Source of the DNA: Verrucomicrobiota bacterium | GTDB lineage: Bacteria > Verrucomicrobiota > Verrucomicrobiia > Palsa-1439 | Length of the DNA: 64,000 bases | Assembly: GCA_016871575.1 (NCBI GenBank) | Contig: VHCW01000003.1 | Location: forward strand, 36,835-100,834 | Direction: 5' to 3' | Shown here: piece after piece, positions 38,072 to 49,894 of the stretch | Numbering within the stretch: position 1 is the stretch's first letter | Layout of the letters: each line of letters starts with the position of its first letter | The notes under the pieces: generated by a model | What the model was told of the DNA's origin: nothing | Database searches by the model: none | Seen by the model: the letters and a program-made list of their open reading frames with translations, nothing else | Position numbers and translations under genes: made by a program

Positions 38072-38988
38072 GATTTCTCCTTGCGACGGTCGAGCCAGAC
38101 AGCGCCGACGATAATGATGCCTTTCACGATGGCTTGATAGTAGGGCGACACGTTCAGTAAATCGAGGCCGTTATTGATGACACCCATCAACAGTGCGCCG
38201 AGAATCGTCCCGCCAACGCCACCGACGCCGCCCGACAAGCTCGTGCCGCCGATGACAACCGCTGCGATCGCGTCGAGCTCGTAGCCCGCGCCGGCGTTGG
38301 GCTGGCCGGTCGTGATGCGCGAGGCGAGCACGACGCCGGCAAGTCCCGCCAGCGAGCCGCAGACGGTGTAGGCAAACAATTTCACCCGTTCCACGTTGAT
38401 GCCCGAAGCGCGCGCGGCGTTCTCGTTGCCGCCGACCGCGTAGATGTGACGGCCCAGTTTCAGGTTCGCCAGGAAAACCCACGAGACAATCGCAACGGCA
38501 ACGAGGATGAGAATCGGGACCGGACCGTTGCCGATCCATTTGAACTCCTCGCTCAAGTTAGACACCGGCCGCCCGCCACTGATGACGAGCGCCAGCCCGC
38601 GCGCAACTGTCATCATGCCGAGCGTCACGATAAACGGCGCAACGCGTCCTTTCGTGACGACCAGACCGTTGACTGCACCGCAAGCCGTCCCTGCCAGCAC
38701 GCCTAGCAACACGGGCACGAACACCGGGTACTCGCCCGGATGCGCGAAGCTGGCCGCGACGACGCCCGTCAGCGCCACGAGCGAGCCAAGCGAGAGGTCC
38801 ACGCCGCCGGTCAACAGCACGTAGGTCACGCCAACGGCCAGGATACCGTTGATGGAAATCTGACGGACGACATTGAGCAGGTTCGGCCACGTCAGGAAAG
38901 CCGGGTGAACGACGGCCATTGTTGCGCCGATAACAACCAGCGCGATGACAAGGCCAAATCGAGAGAGCCAAACTTTCAGCGAGTTCAT
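38068..38988 (-). CDS. Sugar ABC transporter permease (RbsC/AraH-like)
   Basis: Start MNSLKVWLSRFG at aa 15 of the track ORF (ATG checked). Multi-TM. Confidence 0.75.
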   Translation of the reverse strand: MNSLKVWLSRFGLVIALVVIGATMAVVHPAFLTWPNLLNVVRQISINGILAVGVTYVLLTGGVDLSLGSLVALTGVVAASFAHPGEYPVFVPVLLGVLAGTACGAVNGLVVTKGRVAPFIVTLGMMTVARGLALVISGGRPVSNLSEEFKWIGNGPVPILILVAVAIVSWVFLANLKLGRHIYAVGGNENAARASGINVERVKLFAYTVCGSLAGLAGVVLASRITTGQPNAGAGYELDAIAAVVIGGTSLSGGVGGVGGTILGALLMGVINNGLDLLNVSPYYQAIVKGIIIVGAVWLDRRKEKS

Positions 38989-39136
38989 GCGATGAACGGG
39001 ATAATAGCCGTTTTGCCAAACGCAGGTCAATCAGGTCGAACGGGAACTGTTGTAGCTGCGCTTGTGTCAAGCGCAGCGGTCCGGACTGCTCTGAAACAGC
39101 ATCGGCGCTTGGCACAAGCGCCACTACAGCGCGTCG

Positions 39137-40585
<1,449 letters not shown>

Positions 40586-40678
40586 GCGAACCAGTTACCA
40601 CAATTTTCGTCAATCAAGGAGTTGATTTTTGACGGGGCACCGGGTAGCCTGTGCGGTCGTTACGGCGAGTATCTAATT

Positions 40679-41284
40679 ATGAAACGAATCTGTGTAGCAT
40701 TGATGATGTTGGCGAGTGTGGTCCCCTTGCTGGGGGCGCAGAAAGCGAACTGGACGTCGTTGTTTAACGGCAAGGACCTCGACGGCTGGAAACAACAGGG
40801 CGCCGGCATCTTCAAGGTCGAGGACGGCTGCCTCCTCGGCACGCAGACCGACGGCAAGGGCGGCGACTTGTTCACAACGCGCGAGTTCGACAACTTCGAG
40901 TGCCGGTTCACCTACAAAATGAAATGGCCCGGCAACAGCGGCGTCTGGTTCCGCGACAAATATCAGTTCGACATCCTCAAGTATAAAAAGCCCGTCGCGT
41001 TTAGCGGCTCGATTTATTGTCCCGGCAAGTTGTTCATCACGACGAACCTCGACGAGGGCCTTGAGAACCGCGACGGCTGGAACGAAGCCCGCATCTTTGC
41101 CAACGGCGACCATCTCGCCGTCTGGCTGAACGGCAAGAAAGTCGGCGATTGCCGCGACAGTACGCTCGCCAAGGGACGGATCGGCATCCAGGTCCACGGT
41201 GGCGAAGGCGCCAAGAACATGCAGATTCTCATCAAACGCATTGAAGTCCGCCCGCTCGCTGCGGGCGAGACGCCAAAAGAATAA
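40679..41284 (+). CDS. Secreted DUF1080 (3-keto-disaccharide-hydrolase-like) protein
   Basis: Real start MKRICVALMMLASV sits inside the long track ORF 39425..41284, whose upstream part is antisense to the ABC ATPase. 201 aa. LFNGKDLDGWKQ...GNSGVWFR...HLAVWLNGKKV matches the DUF1080 pattern. Confidence 0.7.
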   Translation: MKRICVALMMLASVVPLLGAQKANWTSLFNGKDLDGWKQQGAGIFKVEDGCLLGTQTDGKGGDLFTTREFDNFECRFTYKMKWPGNSGVWFRDKYQFDILKYKKPVAFSGSIYCPGKLFITTNLDEGLENRDGWNEARIFANGDHLAVWLNGKKVGDCRDSTLAKGRIGIQVHGGEGAKNMQILIKRIEVRPLAAGETPKE

Positions 41285-41308
41285 TCAACCAGCAAAGGAG
41301 CCAATAAC

Positions 41309-42526
41309 ATGCCATCCACCAAAACCATTCAACTCGCATTCGAGCAAGGCAAAGGAATTCTTCGTCTCGCACCCAACTGGGTGCCGCGATCCTTCTGCGT
41401 CCCCGGCCGCCGAATCAAACTTCACCCGAATGACTACTACGCGCTCGGCGGACAGCGCGGCGGCATTGACGAACGCTGGTTCTCCTCCACCACGCCTGCC
41501 GACAACGGCCCGCTCACCGGCAAGAACGAAGGCCTCAGCCAGGTCGTGTTCGAGGACGGCGGCAAAGTCGAACAGGTTCTGTTGCGCGAGGCTGTCAGCG
41601 AACTAAAAGGCAAACTCATTGGCGACCGTTTGTGGAAAGAATACAAATCATGGCCGATGTACTCGAAGTTCTTCGACAACAAAGGCGCCCTCCCGCACCA
41701 CGTCCACCACCGCGACGCACACGCAGCGCTGACGGGACAGAAAGGCAAACCCGAAGCCTATTATTTCTCGCCCCAAGCCAACAACTACGGCGGCGATTTT
41801 CCGTACACGTTCTTCGGGTTCGCCCCCGGCACCACCAAGGACCAGGTTCGTCAATGCCTGATCAACTTCACCAAGGGCGATAACCAGATCACGAGCATTT
41901 CCCAAGCCTACCGACTCGACCCCGGCACCGGCTGGGATGTGCCGCCCGGCGTCTTGCACGCTCCCGGCAGCATGTGCACCTACGAGCCGCAGAAAGCCTC
42001 CGATGTGTTCGCGATGTACCAGTCGTTGACCGGCGACGCGATTGTGCCGGCCGAGTTGCTCTGGAAGAACACGCCGAAGGAGCGCATGAACGACGTTGAC
42101 TGGCTGATGGAAGTGATTGACTGGGACCTGAACGTTGACCCGAACTTCCGTGCGAACCACTTCATGGCGCCCAAGCCCGTGAAACCGTTGAAGCAAATGC
42201 AAGCCGACGGCTACATTGATAACTGGATCTGCTACAAAGCGACCGCCTACAGCGCCAAGGAACTCACCGTGTTGCCCGGCAAGACCGTGACGATCAAGGA
42301 TGGTGGCGCCTACGGCCTGATCATGATGCAAGGCCACGGTACGATGGGCGTGTGGGACATCGAAACCCCGTCGCTGATTCGCTACGGCCAACTGACCCAC
42401 GACGAATTCTTCGTGAGCGAATCCGCCGCCAAGGCCGGCGTGAAGATCACGAATCCGTCCAAGAGCGACCCGATCGTCATGCTCAAACACTTCGGCCCCG
42501 AGAACCCAGACTTGGTTATCGAGTAA
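41309..42526 (+). CDS. Hypothetical protein, possibly a cupin-type sugar isomerase related to class I phosphomannose isomerase
   Basis: 405 aa with an AAAGGAG RBS. LPHHVHHRD and GVLHAPG loosely resemble the ManA metal-binding segments (LSIQVHP..., ETPHAYL). Weak call. Confidence 0.45.
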   Translation: MPSTKTIQLAFEQGKGILRLAPNWVPRSFCVPGRRIKLHPNDYYALGGQRGGIDERWFSSTTPADNGPLTGKNEGLSQVVFEDGGKVEQVLLREAVSELKGKLIGDRLWKEYKSWPMYSKFFDNKGALPHHVHHRDAHAALTGQKGKPEAYYFSPQANNYGGDFPYTFFGFAPGTTKDQVRQCLINFTKGDNQITSISQAYRLDPGTGWDVPPGVLHAPGSMCTYEPQKASDVFAMYQSLTGDAIVPAELLWKNTPKERMNDVDWLMEVIDWDLNVDPNFRANHFMAPKPVKPLKQMQADGYIDNWICYKATAYSAKELTVLPGKTVTIKDGGAYGLIMMQGHGTMGVWDIETPSLIRYGQLTHDEFFVSESAAKAGVKITNPSKSDPIVMLKHFGPENPDLVIE

Positions 42527-42635
42527 TAGGAACAGCGCAATGCAAATCCGAATGATCCAAACTCAAAACTGTACCTGTGTTGTGACTGTGCAGGCCGCAT
42601 GATTACGCCTGAACAAAATCGTAACCGGTGGTAGA

Positions 42636-42908
42636 GTGATCGAGAAACTGCGACAAGCAATCCGTGAACAACGCTACCGTGTTAGCACACATGCCAACGA
42701 AGAGATGTCAGAAGACGCACTGGAGTCCGCGGACATTGAGCGGGTCGTCCTTTCGGGTAACATTGCCCGCAAGTTCACCCGTGACCCACGTGGCACTCGC
42801 TATGAAGTCCTTGGCGAGGCCAGCGACGGACGGCAGGCCTACGTGGTCTGCCGCTTCCTGCCTTCCGGTGTGTTGTTGATCATCACGGCGTATGCCGCAG
42901 AGGAATAA
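42636..42908 (+). CDS. DUF4258-like small protein (toxin-like partner of a YgiT zinc-finger protein)
   Basis: 90 aa with a GTG start per the track. Lower-GC segment. Directly followed by the zinc-finger gene. Confidence 0.5.
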   Translation: MIEKLRQAIREQRYRVSTHANEEMSEDALESADIERVVLSGNIARKFTRDPRGTRYEVLGEASDGRQAYVVCRFLPSGVLLIITAYAAEE

Positions 42909-42911
42909 GAG

Positions 42912-43175
42912 GTGACGAACATGACCAAGAAAGAGCAATGCGAGTTCTGCGACGGACCGGTGGAACACCGGGCCATCCGCGCCGAGTTTCACTACAAAGG
43001 CGAAACGATCTTTGTGGACAACGTACCTGCTTGGGTTTGCACCCAGTGTGCAGAACAATACTTCGATGCGCCAGTGTACAAACGGCTCGAAGAAATCGCC
43101 CGCCATCGCCGCCAAATCAAGAAGACCGTCAGTTTTCCGCTGGCGGAATTCGAAATGTTGAACGCTAAAGCGTGA
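42912..43175 (+). CDS. YgiT-type zinc-finger protein (MqsA-like N-terminal Zn ribbon; antitoxin-like)
   Basis: CEFCDG...CTQCAEQYF four-Cys pattern. 87 aa. GTG start 3 bp after the previous stop. Confidence 0.5.
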   Translation: MTNMTKKEQCEFCDGPVEHRAIRAEFHYKGETIFVDNVPAWVCTQCAEQYFDAPVYKRLEEIARHRRQIKKTVSFPLAEFEMLNAKA

Positions 43176-43191
43176 TTCGAAAGGAGAAATC

Positions 43192-44232
<1,041 letters not shown>

Positions 44233-44243
44233 CAATTGATGTT

Positions 44244-44314
44244 ATTCCGAGCTTGCGAGGAATCTCAAACTTCTCTCCGGAGGGATTCCAGAGATTCCTC
44301 ACTTCGTTCGGAAT
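44244..44314. repeat. Intergenic imperfect hairpin (10-bp perfect stem GAGGAATCTC/GAGATTCCTC plus 7-bp outer stem ATTCCGA/TCGGAAT, ~24-nt loop); possible terminator or attenuator
   Basis: Inverted repeat read directly at 44257-44266 and 44291-44300, between the TIM-barrel gene stop (44232) and the Gfo gene start (44338). No U-tract. Confidence 0.3.
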
Positions 44315-44337
44315 GACAAAATAAAGAAAGGCAATCA

Positions 44338-45486
44338 ATGAAACAACTCAACGTCGGTCTCATCGGTTGCGGCTTCATGGGCCGCACACACTCCAACGCC
44401 CACCGCAAGGTCGGCAACTTCTTCAACCTCGAATACCAGCCGGTATTGAAGGCGATCTGCGACTTCAACGCCGAGAAAGCCGGTGCCTTCGCGAAGCAAT
44501 GGGGCTTCGAGTCGGTCGAGACTTGCTGGAAAGCGTTGCTCGCGCGCAAGGACATTGACCTCATTGACATTTGCCTGCCGAACAATCTGCACGCGGAAGT
44601 CGCCATCGCCGCCGCCAAGGCCGGCAAGATGATTATCTGCGAAAAACCGTTGGCCCGCGACGGCAAGGAAGCCGCGCCGATGGTCAAGGCCGTCGAAAAA
44701 GCCGGCGTGCCCAATCTCGTTTCCTTCAACTACCGCCGCATTCCCGCTGTCACGCTCGCCAAGCAACTAATTACTGAAGGCCGGCTCGGAAAGATTTTCC
44801 ATTACCGCGCGAAATTCCTCCAAGACTGGACGATCTCGAAAGACCTGCCGCAGGGCGGCGACGCGCTGTGGCGGCTCGATGTGAAGGCCGCCGGTTCCGG
44901 CGTGACGGGCGATCTGCTCGCGCACTGCATTGACACCGCGCTCTGGCTCAACGGCAGCATCAACACTGTCAACGCGATGACCGAGACGTTCATCAAGGAG
45001 CGTAAGAGCAACATCACCGGCAAGGTGGAGAAGGTCGGCATTGACGACGCGTGCGCGTTCCTGTGCCGGTTTGCCAACGGCTCGCTTGCGACCTTCGAGT
45101 CCACGCGTTACGCCCGCGGCCACAAGGCGCTCTACACCTTCGAGATCAACGGCGAGCACGCCTCGATCTTCTGGGACCTGCACGACCTGCACCGCCTGCA
45201 ATGGTTCGACCACAAGGACGAAGGCAAGTTGCGCGGCTGGCGTTCCATCCACGTCACCGACGGCGATCATCCCTACATGAAGAACTGGTGGGTGCCCGGC
45301 TTGAACGTCGGTTTCGAGCATTCCTTCGTGCATCAACTGGCCGACTTCCTGACCGGCGTTGCCACCGGCAAGCCGGCCAGCCCGACGTTCCGCGAGGCGC
45401 TCGAAACGCAGTACGTTTGCGATGCCGTGTTGAAGTCCGCGAAGACCTGCCGCTGGGAAAAGGTCAAACAAGCGAAGGCGCAATGA
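44338..45486 (+). CDS. Gfo/Idh/MocA family oxidoreductase (cytoplasmic, no signal peptide)
   Basis: [11 protein letters not shown] Rossmann motif and EKP motif. RBS AAAGAAAGG. Confidence 0.85.
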   Translation: MKQLNVGLIGCGFMGRTHSNAHRKVGNFFNLEYQPVLKAICDFNAEKAGAFAKQWGFESVETCWKALLARKDIDLIDICLPNNLHAEVAIAAAKAGKMIICEKPLARDGKEAAPMVKAVEKAGVPNLVSFNYRRIPAVTLAKQLITEGRLGKIFHYRAKFLQDWTISKDLPQGGDALWRLDVKAAGSGVTGDLLAHCIDTALWLNGSINTVNAMTETFIKERKSNITGKVEKVGIDDACAFLCRFANGSLATFESTRYARGHKALYTFEINGEHASIFWDLHDLHRLQWFDHKDEGKLRGWRSIHVTDGDHPYMKNWWVPGLNVGFEHSFVHQLADFLTGVATGKPASPTFREALETQYVCDAVLKSAKTCRWEKVKQAKAQ

Positions 45487-46748
45487 ACCGGCGCGCCTTC
45501 CTCAAGACGGCGGCAAAGGCCGGCGCGCTGTTGGCCATGCCGATGGTTCTGCCGGCGTCCGTGTTGGGCCGCGGCGGCGCGGTGGCGCCGAGCGAACGAA
45601 TCGTGCTCGGCGCCATCGGCATTGGCCGGCGCGGTTCCTACGTGCTCGGTTGTTTCCTCGAAGAACAGGACGTGCAGTTCGTGGCCATCTGCGACGTGAA
45701 GAAGGAACGCCGCGACGAGGTCAAGGCGCGCGCCGACCAGAAATACGGCAACAACGAATGCAAGACCTACCGCGACCTGCGCGAGATTCTTGCGCGCGAC
45801 GACATTGACGCGTTGCTCATCGCCACGGGACCGAACTGGCATTGTCTCGCCTCCGTGCTGGCCGCCAAGGCCGGCAAGGATGTCTATTCTGAGAAACCTT
45901 GCACGAAAAACATTGCCGAGAGTTTGATTCTCGCCGACACCTTCCGCCGCACCGGTCGCATCTTTCAGGCCGGCACGCAGCGGCGCAGTCTGCCGAACTT
46001 CGAGTTCGCCGTGGACCTTGCCCGGCTCGGCAAACTCGGCAAGCTCCAGACGCTACACGCGCAGCCGTGGGGAATGGCCACGGGCATGAGCGGTTGGTTG
46101 CCGGAAGAACCGCCGTTGCCCAAGGAGGAAGGCGACTGGGACATGTGGCTCGGACCCGCCGCGTGGCGGCCGTTCAATGCCGAGCTGTTCAAGAGCGCGT
46201 TCCACTTCGAGAAAGGCGGCGGCCTTGTCGGCGGCGGCTGTCTCGAATGGGGGTCGCACTGTGTGGACCTCTGCCAGTGGGCCAACGACGCCGACCACAC
46301 GGCGGCCATCGAGTATTGGCCCGAAGGCAAGGAACTGCACGCCCGCTACCCCAACGGCGTCAAGCTCGTCATGCGCGACACCGGCTGGCTGCCCAACATC
46401 GGTTCCTGCCCCATCCGCTTCGAGGGCGAGAAAGGCTGGGTGGAAACCGGCGACAACGGCGACCTCTACGCCAGTTCGCCTGACCTGCTCGCCGGCCGGC
46501 GCGCCAAGGTTGCCGGGTACCCGGCGAACTTCCACGTCCGCAACTTCCTCGACTGCGTCAAGACCCGCGCCCAGCCCCGCGCCCACGCGGATGCCGCTTG
46601 TTACGCCCACATCACCTGTCACGCCGCCAACATCGCGCTGTTCCTCAACCGCAAGGTCGTTTACGACACGGTGAAACACGAGTTTCCCGGCGATGCCGTG
46701 GCCAACCGTCTGCGCTCCGAAGCGTTGCGCGAACCCTGGAGGATTTGA
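45483..46748 (+). CDS. Tat-exported Gfo/Idh/MocA family oxidoreductase (candidate periplasmic glycoside 3-dehydrogenase)
   Basis: Start [18 protein letters not shown] at aa 145 of the track ORF, with an ATGA overlap. YSEKP motif. Confidence 0.85.
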   Translation: MNRRAFLKTAAKAGALLAMPMVLPASVLGRGGAVAPSERIVLGAIGIGRRGSYVLGCFLEEQDVQFVAICDVKKERRDEVKARADQKYGNNECKTYRDLREILARDDIDALLIATGPNWHCLASVLAAKAGKDVYSEKPCTKNIAESLILADTFRRTGRIFQAGTQRRSLPNFEFAVDLARLGKLGKLQTLHAQPWGMATGMSGWLPEEPPLPKEEGDWDMWLGPAAWRPFNAELFKSAFHFEKGGGLVGGGCLEWGSHCVDLCQWANDADHTAAIEYWPEGKELHARYPNGVKLVMRDTGWLPNIGSCPIRFEGEKGWVETGDNGDLYASSPDLLAGRRAKVAGYPANFHVRNFLDCVKTRAQPRAHADAACYAHITCHAANIALFLNRKVVYDTVKHEFPGDAVANRLRSEALREPWRI

Positions 46749-46751
46749 AAG

Positions 46752-48641
46752 ATGCTCGCTGTATTGCTCGCCGCCGGGATGGCCATGAGCATGGTCGCCC
46801 CGGAAACCGACACGACGAAACTCATGGCGGTCCTCCGCTCCGACGCGCCGCCCGCCGAAAAAGCCATCGCCTGCAAAAGCCTCGCCATCTACGGCAACAA
46901 AGACGCCGTGCCGCTCCTGGCGCCGTTGCTGGCCAACGAACAGATCGCTTCCTGGGCGCGCATCGCGCTGGAAGCCATCACGGATCCCGCCGCCGATGAT
47001 GCGCTGCGCGCCGCCCTCGGCAAACTCAACGGCAAACTGCTGGTCGGCGTCATCAACTCCATCGCCGTTCGCCGCGACGCAAAAGCCATCAGTGCGCTGG
47101 CTGCAAAACTCAAGGATGCCGATGCCGAAGTTGCGTCGGCGGCCGCCGTGGCGCTCGGCCATATCGGCGGACAAACCGTCGCCTCGGCGCTGGCACCGTT
47201 GCTCGCCAAAGCGCCGGCTGGCGTTCGGCCGGCCGTGGCGGAAGGTTGCATCCTCTGCGCTGAAAAATTCATCGCCGACAAGAAACACGATGCCGCCGTG
47301 AAATTGTACGATGCCGTCCGCAAGGCCAACATCTCCAAGCAAAACACGCTCGAAGCAACACGCGGCGCCATCCTCGCGCGCCGGTCCGCCGGCGCCCCGT
47401 TGCTCGTCGAGCAACTCAGGTCGGAAGACCGCGCGTCCTTCAACATGGCGTTGCGCACCGCCCGCGAGATGCCCGGCCGCGACGTGGCGAAACTGTTGCT
47501 GGCCGAGATGAAGCGCGCCGCGGCCGACCGCCAGCCCGCGTTGCTCCTCACGCTGTTCGACCGCGGCGACGCCGACGCGTTGTCCGCCGCGCTGGACGCC
47601 GCCCAAGCCGGCCCTGTCGAGTTGCGCCTCACCGCCATCAACATCCTCGAACGCCTCTGCCACCCGTCCTCCGCCTCCGTGCTCTTGACCATTGCCGTGC
47701 AGGATGACGCCGCGCTCTCGCAAGCCGCCAAGTCCGCGCTGATCAAGCTGCCCGGCGACGGCGTGGACGCCGCCATCGTGGCATTGCTGAAACAATCCTC
47801 CGCCAATGCCCGCCGCGCCGGCATCGAACTGATCGGCGCCCGCCGCATCCACAGCGCGACCCCTGCGCTGTTGCGCGCCGCGGAAGATTCCACCGTCGCC
47901 AACGCCAGCCTCAAAGTCCTCGCCGACCTCGCCGGCACGGCCGAGGTCCCGGCGTTGCTCGGCTTGCTCGCCCAAGCGAAAGACACTGCTGCCATCGAAG
48001 CTACGCTCTCCACGATCTTCGCCCGGCAAACCGACCGCGCCGCGTGCGCCGAAAAGGTTCTCGCGTCGCTTGCGCCGGCAAAGGGACAACAAAAACTTGC
48101 GTTGCTGCGCCTGCTCCGTTCCGCCGGCGGCTCGAAGGCGCTTGCGGCTGTTCGCGCCGCCGCCAATGATCCCGACACGGAGACGAAAGAAACCGCGTTG
48201 CGGACGTTGTGTGATTGGCCGACGCCCGATGCGTTGCCCGACCTCGCTGCGCTCGGACAAACGGCTGGCGACTTGAAATGGAAGATCCTCGCCTTGCGCG
48301 GCCAACTCCGGTTGATCCCGCAGCAAGAGGCCGCCCCGGCCAAGAAACTCGCCGCGATCAAGGAACTGACGCCGTTGATCGAGCGCGCCGAGGAGAAACG
48401 CTTGTTGCTCGCGGCGCTCGGCCAGATTCCCGCGCCCGATTCGCTCGCGCTCATCGCGCCATATCTGAAAACCGATCTGAAGGAGGAAGCCGCCATCGCC
48501 GCGGTTGCCGTCGCCGAGAAAATCGTCCAGAAACACCCGGCAGCGGTCGCCAGCGCGCTTCGCGATGTTCCCAACGCGACTTCCGACAAGAAACTCGCCA
48601 ACCGCGCCCGCCAGTTGATGCAGCCGACCAAAAAGAAATGA
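46752..48641 (+). CDS. Secreted HEAT-repeat protein (paralog of 51888..53957)
   Basis: GGAGG RBS. Signal peptide. Ala/Leu-rich HEAT-like repeats. The C-terminal ~150 aa are clearly homologous to the second HEAT protein. Confidence 0.75.
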   Translation: MLAVLLAAGMAMSMVAPETDTTKLMAVLRSDAPPAEKAIACKSLAIYGNKDAVPLLAPLLANEQIASWARIALEAITDPAADDALRAALGKLNGKLLVGVINSIAVRRDAKAISALAAKLKDADAEVASAAAVALGHIGGQTVASALAPLLAKAPAGVRPAVAEGCILCAEKFIADKKHDAAVKLYDAVRKANISKQNTLEATRGAILARRSAGAPLLVEQLRSEDRASFNMALRTAREMPGRDVAKLLLAEMKRAAADRQPALLLTLFDRGDADALSAALDAAQAGPVELRLTAINILERLCHPSSASVLLTIAVQDDAALSQAAKSALIKLPGDGVDAAIVALLKQSSANARRAGIELIGARRIHSATPALLRAAEDSTVANASLKVLADLAGTAEVPALLGLLAQAKDTAAIEATLSTIFARQTDRAACAEKVLASLAPAKGQQKLALLRLLRSAGGSKALAAVRAAANDPDTETKETALRTLCDWPTPDALPDLAALGQTAGDLKWKILALRGQLRLIPQQEAAPAKKLAAIKELTPLIERAEEKRLLLAALGQIPAPDSLALIAPYLKTDLKEEAAIAAVAVAEKIVQKHPAAVASALRDVPNATSDKKLANRARQLMQPTKKK

Positions 48642-49894
48642 AGCATCTCAGCCGGCGGGCGTTTTTGAAAAACTCGCTGCTGGCGGGCGGCGCGCTGGCG
48701 TTTCCGTGGGTCGCCCCGGCGCACGCCGTGGCGCCGAGCGAACGCATCACGCTCGGTGTGATCGGGATTGGCCGGCGTTGCCAGCATGTGCTCGGTTGCC
48801 TGCTCGAAGAACCCGACATGCAGTGCGTGACGATCTGCGACGTGCAAGCCAGCCGGCGCGAAACCGCCAAAAAAATGGTGGACGACAAGTACGGCAACCA
48901 CGACTGCACCACCATCCGGGATTTCCGCGAACTGCTCGCGCGACCCGACATTGACGCCGTCCTCATCGCCACGGGCGACCACTGGCACGCGCTCGCTTCC
49001 ATCATGGCCGCCAAGGCCGGCAAGGACGTTTACAGCGAGAAACCGTGCGCGATGACCATCGCCGATTGCCAGGCCCTCGACGACACGATGCGCCGCTACG
49101 CGCGCGTCTTCCAAGCCGGCACCCAGCGGCGCAGCATCGGCAATTTCCAGTCCGCCGTCCATCTCGCCCGCTCCGGCAAACTCGGGCGGCTCCACACGTT
49201 GCACGCGTCCATCTACAAACTCAGCGTCCGTTACGATTGGCTGCCCGAAGAACCGTTGCCGCCGAAGGAGGAAGTGGACTGGGACATGTGGCTCGGCCCG
49301 TCGCCGTGGCGTCCGTACAACTCCCAGTACGTCGCCGGCCGATGGCGCGAGCATTTCGATTTTGATTCCGGCGGCAAACTGCTCGACTGGGGCGCGCACA
49401 CTGCCGACTTGTGCCAGTGGGCCAACAACGCCGACGATGCCACGCCGGTCGAGTTCATCCCGGACGGCAACACCATCACCGGCCGTTACGCCAACGGCGT
49501 CAAACTTGTCCTGCGTCACGAAGGCTGGCTGGGGACGGGCACCTGCCCGGTCCGCTTCGAGGGCGACGAAGGCTGGGTCGAGACCGGCGACAACGGCGAC
49601 ATCGAAGTCCATCCGGCTTCCCTGCGAAGCGAATTGCGCCAGTTGTCCCAACAACGGCGCGGCACCGATGCCGGCAGTCACGGACGAAATTTCCTCGACT
49701 GCATCCGGTCGCGCGCCCAGACCAATGCGAATTCGAGCGTCATGCGCCACTCACACATCGCCTGTCACGTCGCCGCCATTGCGTGGCTCTTGAAACGCAA
49801 GGTCACATTTGATCCAGTCGCTGAGGCGTTTGTTGGCGACGACGAAGCCAACCGGATGCGTTCCCGCGCCTACCGTGAACCATGGAGGATCTGA
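48638..49894 (+). CDS. Tat-exported Gfo/Idh/MocA family oxidoreductase
   Basis: Start MKHLSRRAFLKNSLLAGGALA with an ATGA overlap to the HEAT gene. YSEKP motif. Confidence 0.85.
   Translation: MKHLSRRAFLKNSLLAGGALAFPWVAPAHAVAPSERITLGVIGIGRRCQHVLGCLLEEPDMQCVTICDVQASRRETAKKMVDDKYGNHDCTTIRDFRELLARPDIDAVLIATGDHWHALASIMAAKAGKDVYSEKPCAMTIADCQALDDTMRRYARVFQAGTQRRSIGNFQSAVHLARSGKLGRLHTLHASIYKLSVRYDWLPEEPLPPKEEVDWDMWLGPSPWRPYNSQYVAGRWREHFDFDSGGKLLDWGAHTADLCQWANNADDATPVEFIPDGNTITGRYANGVKLVLRHEGWLGTGTCPVRFEGDEGWVETGDNGDIEVHPASLRSELRQLSQQRRGTDAGSHGRNFLDCIRSRAQTNANSSVMRHSHIACHVAAIAWLLKRKVTFDPVAEAFVGDDEANRMRSRAYREPWRI

Noticed and set aside
46053-49750. Overlapping 827-aa and 953-aa minus-strand ORFs
   Set aside because: Antisense to the HEAT-repeat and Tat-Gfo genes, which have signal peptides and family motifs. 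The translations are low-complexity Arg/Gly/Ala-rich.
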